The notes under the pieces were generated by a model. The model saw nothing but the letters and a program-made list of their open reading frames with translations. It ran no database searches and was not told the origin of the DNA. Positions 12,976 to 23,450 of a DNA stretch of 64,000 bases are shown here, in pieces. Positions within the stretch are counted from its first letter, which is position 1, and each line of letters starts with the position of its first letter. Made by a program: the position numbers and the translations under genes. The stretch covers positions 1,519,438 to 1,583,437 of the forward strand of contig NC_083427.1 in assembly GCF_020745735.1 (NCBI RefSeq), given 5' to 3'. This DNA comes from Hemiscyllium ocellatum. Its lineage: Eukaryota.

Positions 12976-13048
12976 AGTTTTTGCATTGCTGTGTGTGACT
13001 GTGTTCCTGTGCTACAGCTGCACATTGTTTTATACCAGCACAAGAAAT
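12976..13048 (+). other. Second D element with 12/12 RSS (probable D2 + inverted D3 fusion)
   Basis: AGTTTTTGC 12976-12984, 12 bp, GACTGTG 12997-13003; coding TTCCTGTGCTACAGCTG 13004-13020; CACATTG 13021-13027, 12 bp, ACAAGAAAT 13040-13048. The fusion interpretation is inference (see findings). Confidence 0.88.
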
Positions 13049-13372
13049 CCATTGTTGCGAACATAAGTGAAGATTCTTCAAATGCTATTGAAGATTGATT
13101 GATTGATCCAGCAAGTGTGACACAAATCACGCCCTTTACATATTGTATTCCCAGTCACGTTTATAATTCTCAGCACTCTCAAATACTGGATACTTATCGA
13201 TATTGCTTTATGAATATGATTTTAACAGTCGCAAAATAAGCAGCTAAATTAGTATGAAAATCAATCTATAGCAGTTGCCAGGCCCTAAAAGTTGGAAAAA
13301 AACATTTCTGCATGAGGTACTTAAGCATGCAGAGAATAATTTATATGAGCAGTGGATTCACATGTGGCAGGA

Positions 13373-13438
13373 CGTTTCTGTATTGTGGGAATTACAATTT
13401 AGTCACTGTGCACAGTGACACAAGACAGAGCACAAACC
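13373..13438. other. Precise RSS signal joint (22-bp RSS fused head-to-head with a 12-bp RSS)
   Basis: CGTTTCTGT 13373-13381, 22 bp, CACTGTG 13404-13410 directly abutting CACAGTG 13411-13417, 12 bp, GCACAAACC 13430-13438; no intervening bases; GTGCAC (ApaLI site) at 13408-13413. Confidence 0.9.
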
Positions 13439-13749
13439 TGTCGGACAATTATTCCTTTTCCTGCTTCTGATGAACATGATTCCATAATCAACTTTCTGTC
13501 ATGAATGCTGCTTTGTAGAGTCAACATCAATTCCAATTCGTTCCATTCTGGAATTGTATACAAGTGTCACGTTGATTATAGATCAGCATGCTAACGTTTC
13601 CAATGTCACCCAAACTGGCATTGGAGATAGTGGGTATATGAATGGTTTTAAATTGTTAACAAATGAAGATTTGTCAATGCTGTGAATATATCTGGAAAAT
13701 GGGAGGATTTGTTTTGGTATATTGATTATCGGACTTCTGCTTCACTGAC

Positions 13750-13788
13750 ACTTTTTGTATGGCGTTGAATGGGAGCTGATGGACTGTG
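13750..13788 (-). other. J 5' RSS (23-bp spacer)
   Basis: On the + strand: ACTTTTTGT 13750-13758, spacer 13759-13781, GACTGTG 13782-13788 (reads CACAGTC on the RSS strand, CAC intact). Confidence 0.92.
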
Positions 13789-13833
13789 ACTACTACAATG
13801 AAGGAAGCGGCACCATTCTGACTGTGGAACCTG
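13789..13833 (+). CDS. IgNAR: IgNAR J segment
   Basis: Encodes YYNEGSGTILTVEP with the G-x-G motif; phase-1 donor GTAAGT at 13834. Confidence 0.95.
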
Positions 13834-15929
13834 GTAAGTGATCCTCTTGCTACTTATCGCTACGATTTTGCAGTTTAGTTATTTAAAAAAGTTTTCTTGT
13901 TAAAACAGGCTGAACTGCATAACGTGAGATTCAGAACATTTTCTAATCGACATATTTTGCGTGCTATAATTCATGTTTCTTCCATTTCAAACTCATTTGC
14001 AGATTTTGTTTGAGCAAATTTATGCTAATATACAAATATAGACGTAAATGTAGCTGAGAACAAGCCAATACAGTATCTAAATGTTTAACTTGCTTGGCAT
14101 AGACTATATAAGATTTTAATGGCGTAGATGATTGCTTTAGCTGTTTATGCAGGAAACTGCCCAAGATGTGAAGCTGTACTGAGGCATTCCAGTATGCCAA
14201 TGGTAGGCAAAACTTCTAATCTGAACAACTAATGCAAGTCTAGATTGAGGAAAACTTTCTGCTCACATTCATGTTTTGGATTGTGTCCAAAATCAATGTT
14301 TTGAAAGACAATCTTCATTATTTAACATAATTTCGATTACATTAACATTATCACAAAGTCAGCAAATGGACCGTCCAATTTTAACACTAGAACAATTGTA
14401 GCTCACGAAACGTGGGCTTGGTCAAGGTTAATTGGCGCTGAAGTTCGTCTGCTCCAATTCCACAAAATGGTGAATAATTGTGCACTGATTTTACCAGTGC
14501 CCTATTTCAGACAACTAGTGCAGAGTAATTTCACTGTAATTTAGCACGAATCCAGATTATCTGAAACATGCTCTCCCAGATACATGTCCACCTGTGGGTC
14601 GAAGTTTGTTGTGCTTAAGATGGTGTCGAATATTTGAGAACTTTGAACCCACTCCAGCTTTAGTGTAAAATGTTTACTTGGCATTAAAGTGGAAATCATG
14701 TAGCCCATCTGTACGATATTAATTCTAAGAGTGGAATAGTCTTTGCCTTACTGATAATATTCATTGCTGTGCGATTCAATTCTTTTAACCACGTCAAGCT
14801 AAGTAGTCTTTTGCCTTGCCCTCATGGATCCTCAGGACATCATACCGAACGAAGTAGGATCAATAAGTCGATGCATGCACTACAACATTGCTTTTGTGAT
14901 GCAGTCACCTTGCTTTCGTATTCTTGGACAGGTATTTACGAGTGCAGGTGATAATAGGGGAACCACAAATCAATAGTTCATAATTGACAACAACGAACAA
15001 AAAAGTTCAGAAATCAGGCTTCACCTGACAAAGGGGCAGAGACAGAAAGTTTGGGCTTTAAAAAGAAAACCTGTTTGACTATAACCTGATGTCGTGTGAC
15101 TTTTGACCTTGTCCACACAGTTCAGCACAGACACCTCCAAAAAAAAAATGCAGCTTTGCCGTGGTATCAATCCTACAACAGGAAGCATTCACTCCACTAA
15201 ATAACTTCTGTAATTTGGGCATTCTCAGACTAATGTGTGATCATAGAAATTGATTTTAGTGTATAGTTTAATAGTTTGCCCCGGCAGAAGGTACTGTTGT
15301 TTTAACTGAAAAGGATTAATTCTTTCCACCTTGATATTCCTCCTGTCATGGTAAATTTCCAGAAAATAGCTCTGTCTCTTTGAATGAAGTGTAATTGGGT
15401 GCGTTTATGCCATGTAAATTTAATTATTTTTCCTGATACTTTTCACGCCAATGAAAAGGTTTTTTTTAATGCCATGTCACGTTTCTCTACAATCGTCAAA
15501 AACTTCCCACATATAATTATTTTGTTTTCTATTATACAAGCCTGTGTAAATTTATTTTGATTCATACCTTAATGGGACAATGTTTATCACTACAGTGATC
15601 ACTTGTTTCGGAAACTTCTTCTAGGCTAAAACTACCAGACTCTGTTATTTTGCCTGCAAAAGGCTAAAATATGTGTTCAAGCAAAATTGCTAAAATTTTA
15701 CTCAAAATCAAATCTGAACGGGACGATCTGAGAAATTAAATGCTCTCCACCTTCCAGTTAGGGAAACTATGTAGTGAATTTTTTGGGACAACAGATCAGT
15801 TGGGAAGACTACCAAACTGTATTAATCTGAAGAATAACCATCCATATAAAATACGGAAATTCATAAAATCAGCGTCACAGAAGACCAGACCTTTTGAAAT
15901 TACTCCAACATAATTAAGATAGAATGACC

Positions 15930-16245
15930 ACGGTGTGTATGCAGGTCGTCCGGCTCAAAAAGTCCACACTGACCCTCTTACGAGTAACCCACTCAACACT
16001 CTACATTTACACCTGACCTACACACCCCTGAACTCTATGGGCAATTTACTGCAGCTAATTGATCTAACCCATAGATCGGCAGACTGTGGGAGTAAAGTGG
16101 AGCACCCAGAGCAAACCGATGCAGACATAGCGCGAATTTTCAAACGCCACACGTGCAGTCACCAAAGACTGGAACAAAACCTTTACCCTGAGTATGGCGC
16201 GGCAACAGTGCTAACCATTGAGCCATCATGCCGTCCGACCGTCTG
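15930..16245 (-). mobile_element. HE1-like tRNA-derived SINE
   Basis: ggcaacagtgctaaccattgagccatcatgccgtcc is the reverse complement of the tRNA-like head seen at 61444; typical body (ctgtgggag...gcagacat). Confidence 0.7.
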
Positions 16246-16832
16246 TCTGTCCATCCATGATGAATCAGTTAACTCAATCTCTGTATCCGGTTTCTCCAAA
16301 GCTGTTTAATCCATTTACCCTAAATCAATTTTTGAAATCGTCTCAAAAACTATCAATGGTTTGTCCTCAACAGTTTTCTCTGACAGAGAATCTCATCAGT
16401 TCACCCGTCTCTTGGTGAACAAACTTCCCATGATCTTATTAGAATTTTGTGACTATCTATGAGCGTCCCCACATGCTTTAGCTCTCCAATGAATATCGTC
16501 TGACTACATTTAGTCTCTATGAACAGATTCTAGAGTTGTTGACTGAAGAATTAGTTTGGTACTCAGTATAGTCAGATGAACTCTGTGCATAAAGGAAAAT
16601 AATGCACGCATATGGTTATGAAAAAAAGTTTCAGAGTTTCAACAATTTCATCAACAATACAGAAAAGTCATATGAAGATAGGACACGTTCTCGTAGGACA
16701 GAGGAAGGCTCAGTGAGACAATTATTTGGCTTGGGTAACTTGTTCCCATCTGAAACCCTCCAAAAACAATTATTTTCCTTCCTGCTTGAACAACACCAGG
16801 ACTGTTTTTAATTTTGAATGCATGCTATTTTA

Positions 16833-17050
16833 CCTCGGGAGTTAGATTACCCCAGTTGGCTCAATTGTTGGTTTGTAGAGCAATGTGATACCAAAAGCAT
16901 GGGTTCAATTCCAATTTTTGGTATGAGGTTATCGTCAAGGACTCTCCTTCTCAGCCACATCCATCCCCTGAGATATGATGGCCCTCACGTTAAAACACCA
17001 ACAGTCATTTCCCTCTCATGAGAGAGCAGCCCCTGTGGTCTTGTAAGAAC
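16833..17050 (+). mobile_element. tRNA-derived SINE of a second family
   Basis: A-box-like cagttggct and B-box-like gggttcaattcc head, then a non-tRNA body ending gagagcagccc. Confidence 0.5.
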
Positions 17051-17465
17051 ATGGTGTCTCAGCCAATAGCTTCATTTTTTTTCAGTTAGTAGTTTCTTTG
17101 GGCATTCCATGGAATGCTGAGATGATGAAAACTGAGCTTCAACTGTATTTAACTGAAATAGACAACAGAGATTTTCTGGTTTACTTTGTTTTCTCTGACT
17201 GTAAACATGAAAAAAAAAACAATTGGACACTGTCAATGCCAGTTGCTGACAAATGAAAAAAAAAAGTTTAACATTCCAAGTTTCCCAGTGGTATGAAGTT
17301 AATGTCTACATTAATGGCTATCTTCTAGCTGATCGGTATCACTGGTTCGAATTTGTTATTTCATTACTACGTCTGTCAGTATTTACAGAGTTCTGTCATT
17401 TTTTTAGTTCTGCCAAATACTAATCACTGTAATGCATCAGTTTGTCTGGGATGTATCCTTTATGG

Positions 17466-17639
17466 GGTATAGGTTTGCTCGCTGAGCTGTAGGTTTGATA
17501 TCCAGACGTTTCATTACCTGGTTAGGTAACATCATCAGTGGCGACCTCCAAGTGAAGGAGTTCGCCACTGATGATGTTACCTAGCCAGGTAACGAAACGT
17601 CTGGATATCAGACTACAGCTCAGTGAGCAAACCTACACC
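17466..17639. repeat. Near-perfect inverted repeat (arms ~79 bp) of Penelope/hammerhead type
   Basis: Arm 17466-17544 is the reverse complement of 17562-17639 with a few mismatches; 17-nt loop 17545-17561. Confidence 0.9.
17565..17604 (+). ncRNA. Minimal type I hammerhead ribozyme motif (second copy on the - strand at ~17502-17541)
   Basis: CCA-CTGATGA(17568-17574)-T-GTTACCT-AGCC-AGGTAAC-GAAA(17594-17597)-C-GTC(17599-17601)-TGG: catalytic core, 7-bp helix II, palindromic ACGT helix III, GUC cleavage triplet, 3-bp helix I. Activity untested. Confidence 0.7.
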
Positions 17640-20600
17640 AGAAACCTCAACCTGAGCTACAAACGTTCACAAACCTTGCGAAGTATCCATTATTTCGTGG
17701 AAATTCCTTTCCTTTCCATTAATTCTGGGAATTCTGCTTTGATTATGGATCTTGCACATTAAAGTATATTTGTTCAATAGATTTTTTTTAATCAAAAAAA
17801 GAGACATGAGCTTCGCCAACTGAGGCAGTTTTCTTTTCGTTTCAACAAAGTCAGGGTGCAATGCACTTTGCCTTATAAAATATGATGTAAACTGACTCCA
17901 TTCTTCATTATGATTTCACAATTCTATTGTAGTTATTGGCAAGTTGTACCAAACTCATCGTTCAGTCCGACATGCAGTTTTATTAAAAAAAGATACAACC
18001 TCTTGCTCCTCCACAGGGTTAATTAATTCTGTCTTTCATATTGCTGGGAAATTGTATCCTAACTTCATTTGATTTACATTATTTTCTAAATAGACCTAAT
18101 CATGGCACATCCACGTACATATGCAGCATTCAAGTATCAATTCCGTCAGGAGGGCTGTAAAGCCATTCCGACAAAGCCAATTCTTCATTCCAGGGAATTG
18201 TCAGGTAACGCTTTCCTGAACGGCGCCTGATGCATTTACATCTCATGTAACTGAGATGACCAATCAGATGCACCACACAGTCCAGGAGGAATTTTTATGT
18301 ACCTGGTTTATCTGAAAAAAAAACTTTTGCACATTCCCGTCCAGTTACCCATTTGATAAATGACATCATTGTTTTTGTTTTCTTAATTATTTGCTGGCCA
18401 GATGTGCTAACGTCAAGTGATCCATCCTTTTGGACACCATCGTCTTTCTGCAAATCAGAGTTGCACAAAATGTCATCATTTTGATTGTTCTTTTCTGTTC
18501 CTCTTGCTAGATATTCATCCCTTTCACCAAATTACTACATTGCACGTCATTTACTGTGTTCTTATTCACACGTGGCAAGATATTCTTGGAGTTTAATTGG
18601 GCCCTCTGATGACTTAATGCCTCTTTTTATTTTTGAGAGTTTGTTATGTTTGGCAAACGGAGCATGTCCCACTTAATCCAACACATACATTCCCAACAGT
18701 TTCAATTCCTCCAACAGTCCCTCTGGCACACCACTTGCCAACCTTAGGATTACTCCTGTCATTACCTACTGTCATTTTCAGCTATTCTCCTGTCCATTTC
18801 AGTATTGTAAAGTCCTCTGTCTTTCATTATCCACTGTCAACTTTGATTTGGCATTTCATTGAAAATTTACGGGAGCTCACCACGCACTGGAACCGACGAT
18901 TCCCCTTTTATCCAGTAGATTTCTTAAACATGATTTCCCGTTCATAAAGCCGTGATTTCTTTGAACTTGTCCAGTTGCACCTTATTTTAAACAGCTTCTA
19001 ACATTGCAAACTGACTTGTGCCATTTCTTGCTCGCTGTCTCAAAATGTTTTGATAACCTTGTTAAATGTGATGCGTCGCTATTCTAAATGATTTTCCCAG
19101 CATTGGAGATGATTTGCGACAGTCAACACAAAATGTCAGTTATTTGAATGACATTTTCACTTTGGACGCAGGGATAATGTCACGAGGGGACAGGCAGGTC
19201 TCAGCCCGCAGCTGCAACTGTTTAGGCAGGACCGTTTCTCTGTTGCATGTCATTTCCCTGCTTTTGCCCTTCCTTCGAGTTGCTGATTAATTGCATTTTC
19301 TAGAATGCTGCTTGTATTCTGTCATGAAAACTATTGGAAAATAAGTGTTCTATTTATTTCTTCTCTGTTGCGTTTCACAGCATGATTTGTCAAACATTCA
19401 TTTCTTGCATGACTAACTTTCACTTTATAAATTATTTTACTTTTGAAATAGTTACAGGACCTCGTCCTCTCTCTTTCTTTTAACTCACTGGTTAGCTTCC
19501 TATCATATTCTGATTATGCAATCTTTCTTTCTTAATTTTCAGACATTTCATTTCCGAACATTTTAATATTCTGTCTAATTTTCTGACTTACCATCTGTTT
19601 ATCCACAATCACATACGTTTTCCTGAATGTAGATATTATCTTAAACCACAGAAAGCAGTTCTGAACCTTGAAATATTCCTTACTTTTTGGAATGTACCTA
19701 TTTAAGTGATCTGAAATGTCTCCATACATGTTTGCCACTTTATCATGATCGAATTCTCCTCCATCTGATTTTCCAGTTCACTTCAGCCAGCTCTGATTTC
19801 GTGTCCACAGAATATGATTTTTATTTAAAAAAAGAACCGTTGTCTATCTCTCAAATTGTTTCTATTATGCAATGGAGTTATTGTTGCTGATCCCTAAGCG
19901 CGCCTTTGCAATGAGATAATGAGTTAATCCGATCTCAATCCACCATTGCAGGATGTTCAATATAGGTTTAAAACTTGCGATTCGAATGAATGATTGCAAG
20001 ATCTATTTTTATGAGCTGCACACGTGGACTGTCTTTGCACATCTAACTTTCACAGTTATTTTACAGATAATAGCTCGCATAATGATTTTTTGATTTTATG
20101 ACAAGCTGTTGCAGTGTCTTCCTTTATGCTGTCCCTATTGTTTTGTTACACATGGTGACCCAAACAATGCTCCCACAAATGACTTCTTGAAATGGCAATT
20201 TCTCAGCTTTACTCAAACCCATTCCACGGGCTGCTTTTCTGAAATGGGGTCACCCCTCTCCCTTTCATAAAACAAGAACAGCAAACTCTGCAGAAATTCA
20301 GCCTTCCTGGAAGCACTGGTGGAGATAAAGAGACTGAATATGCCTCCAGTCTGATGTGACTCTATGAATGAACTGTAGAACTTGTATAGATTTCCTACCC
20401 CACCCCTCCCCGTGTTTTCTACATCATCTGGACGAATCCAATCTATATCATCTTGTGGGAAGGATAATGTTGAAGGCCAAGAGTAGTTTCATCACCTATT
20501 GGCCTCGGTATGTGCTGAATATCAGCATGGACCTCACTTATGGCAATTCGAACTAATGTAACTCTGGTACTTGCTGGAAAGTATCACAAATTGATGCTTT

Positions 20601-21419
20601 CACACCGCATGACGGAGAAGACATAAGCATATGCGTGAGAACATCAGTGTGCAGGTGGAATCAGTTGTTATGTAGGGTATGTTGTTCCCAAGACTGATGT
20701 ACATTGTCATTGCGATGGATGTTATTTATAGCATTTGATAGCTAAATTTACAGCAAAATGATGCAGTTTGTTAACAATGTGCTTGATGGAGAGCACGGAA
20801 CAGTGGTCATGTGTAAAAGATTCAAAGAATGTAATCAACTCAATATTTCACTCGTGGGTTGATGGCTGCTGCATTCGTATATTATTTCATTATAAAATTT
20901 CACATGCGATATCTTCTCATGTTAACGATGACGTGACTGTTGAGTATTGATAGGCATTGGGGATTGATTAGAAGTCAGCAATAGCCCAGTTCATAAAGCT
21001 AAGAGATTGTTGATCTCGGGCTTTTGTAAGAGCAAAACCATGGCTGTCGTTGAATTTGAACAAATGGAAAAGAAAATCAATTCAAAAGTAATGTCTGATT
21101 TTGAGATAAAACGTTGATGGGTGAACAACAAGTGCAATTTAGGATCTGGGCAGCAGAGTTCAGATCAGATTTACTTGAAAGATTTTGCAGATGGGATCCC
21201 AGCATTGAGAATTGCAGAATAATCTAGAATACCTTTGAAGAGCTTGGAATTTCTGGTCACAGGTCAGCTGAGATAATTTCGAGAGAGTAGTTGATTTGAT
21301 GGAACAAGCAGGTAGTCCTGCTGATGGCTGTATTAAGTAGTCTCGTGACTATAACAAGGTCACGAGTAAACACCAACTTGTGAACAGTGTTGTCAGCTGC
21401 ATTGGTGATAACAGCTTTT

Positions 21420-23450
21420 GTGTAGAACATATTTGTTCACGTTAGCTATGGAAAGGGTTAGATATATAGGTCAGGAGTCATATCGGAGGAGAACCAACTT
21501 TGATGCGATTAGGCAAGATTTAGGACGCATAGGATGGGGAAGGAAACTGCAGAGGACCAGCACAATTGAAACGTGTAGCTTATTGATTGAACAGCTACTG
21601 TGTGTCCTTGTTAATTATGTAGATGTCAGGCAGGATGGAAGTTGTCGGGCGAGGCAGCCGTGGATAATTAATGAATTTGAGTCTCTTGCCAAGAAAAAGA
21701 AGAAGGCTTATGTTACATGAAGTCTCAGTTGGAACACTTGCGAGCTACAAGTTAGCCAGGAAAGACATAAAGAGGGAGTTAAGAAGAACCAAGTGGGTAC
21801 ATGAGAGGTCATTAGCGGACGGAATGAGGGAAAACCCTGAGGCTATCATTCGGTATATCAGGACTAAAAGAGTGACTCGAGTAAGATTAAGGGCAATCAA
21901 AGGTAGGAGAGGGAAGTTGTGCATGGAGTCAGAGGAAATAGAGGAATGGCTAAATGAATCTTTTTCGTCAGTATTCACAAATGTTGTTCACAAATAGCAA
22001 ATGTTGTTCCCTTGTTCAAGAAGGTGAGTACAGTCAACTCGGGTAATTGTAGAGCAGTGAGCATTACTTCGTTTATGGGTAAAGTGTAGGAAAAGATGGT
22101 AAGAGATAGAATGTATAATCATCTGGAGAGGATGAAGTTCATGAGGGAGAGTAGATACAGTTTTGTGAAGAGTAGGACATGTCTCACAAATCTTACTGAG
22201 CGCTTTGAGAAAGTGACCAAACAAGTGGATGAGGGTAAAGCGTTTCATGTGGTGTTTTTGAATTTCAGGAAGGTACTTGATAATTTTCCCACGGGACGCT
22301 ATTTCAGAAAATACAGAAGCATGGGATTGATGGTGATCTAGTGGCTTCCATAAGAAATTGACCAGATGAAAACAGACAGAGGTTGGTGGTGATGAGAAAT
22401 ATTCATGCTGGAGTTCAGTTAATAGTCGTGCATCACGAGGATCTGTTTTGGAGGCACTGCTGTTTGTGATTTTTATAAATGACCTGGACGAGGGCGCAGA
22501 AGGATGGCTTAGTAAGTTTGCGAATGAAACTAAGGTTGGTAGAGTTGTGGATAATGATTAAGGATGTTATGGATTACATAGAGACATAGATAAGCTGCTG
22601 AGTTGGGCTGAGAGATGGAAAATGGAATATAATGGAGAAAAGCGTGAGGTGATTCACTTTGGAAGGAGTGACAGGAATGCAGAGCACTGTTTTAAAAGCA
22701 ATGTTCTTGGTAGTGTGGGTGCACAGAGAGATCTCGGTGTCCATGTCCGCACATCTCTGAAAGTTATCAACCAGGTTGATAGGTTTGTTAAGAAGGCAGA
22801 TGTGTATTAACTTTTATTAGTGGAGGGATTGAGTTTCGGAGCCATGAAATTATGCTGCAGCTGTGTAAAACTCTGGTGCGGCCGCACTTGGAGCACTGTG
22901 CAGAGTTATGATCACGAAATTCTAGGAAGGATGGAAAGAGTTCAGAGGAGATTTATTAGAATGTTGCCTGGTGTGGAGTGAAGATCTTACGAGGGAAGGC
23001 TGAGGGACTTGAGGCTGTTTTCGTTCGAGAGAAGAAGGTTGAGAGGTGACTTAATTGAGACATATATGAAAAGCAGAGGGTTAGATAGGGTGAATAGTGA
23101 GAGCCTTTTTCCTCGGATGGTGACGGCTAGCACAAGGGACATAACTTGACATTGAGGAGTGATAGGTAAAGGACAGATTTCAGAGATATTTTCAAGATTC
23201 AGTGAATAGTAGGGGCATGAAACGGCCTGCGTGCAACAGTAGTAGAATCGCCAACGTTAAGGGTATTTAAATGGCCATTGGATAGACATATGAATGAAAA
23301 TGGAATAATGTAGGTTAGATGGGCTTCAGAACAGTTTCACAGGTCGATGCAACATCGAGGGATGAAAATGGAATAATGTAGGTTAGATGGGCTTCAGAAC
23401 AGTTTCACAAGTCGGTGCAACATCGAGAGATGAAGAGCCTGTATTGCACT
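21420..23450 (+). mobile_element. Decayed CR1-type LINE (RT to 3' UTR)
   Basis: RYSFVKSRTCLTNLTERFEKVTKQVDEG...FLNFRK (22096-22341), KREVIHFGRS...QRDLGVHV (22622-22810), RRLRGDL-like end and 3' UTR. Confidence 0.85.
23294..23429 (+). repeat. 68-bp tandem duplication in a LINE 3' UTR
   Basis: atgaaaatggaataatgtaggttagatgggcttcagaacagtttcac... starts at 23294 and again at 23362, with only a few differences. Confidence 0.9.

Noticed and set aside
13404-13417. Back-to-back heptamers read as an ordinary D whose coding bases were deleted
   Set aside because: Not excluded but disfavoured: a 23-class RSS 5' of a D is not the shark pattern, the fusion is exact to the base, and the flanking-sequence similarities fit inversion.
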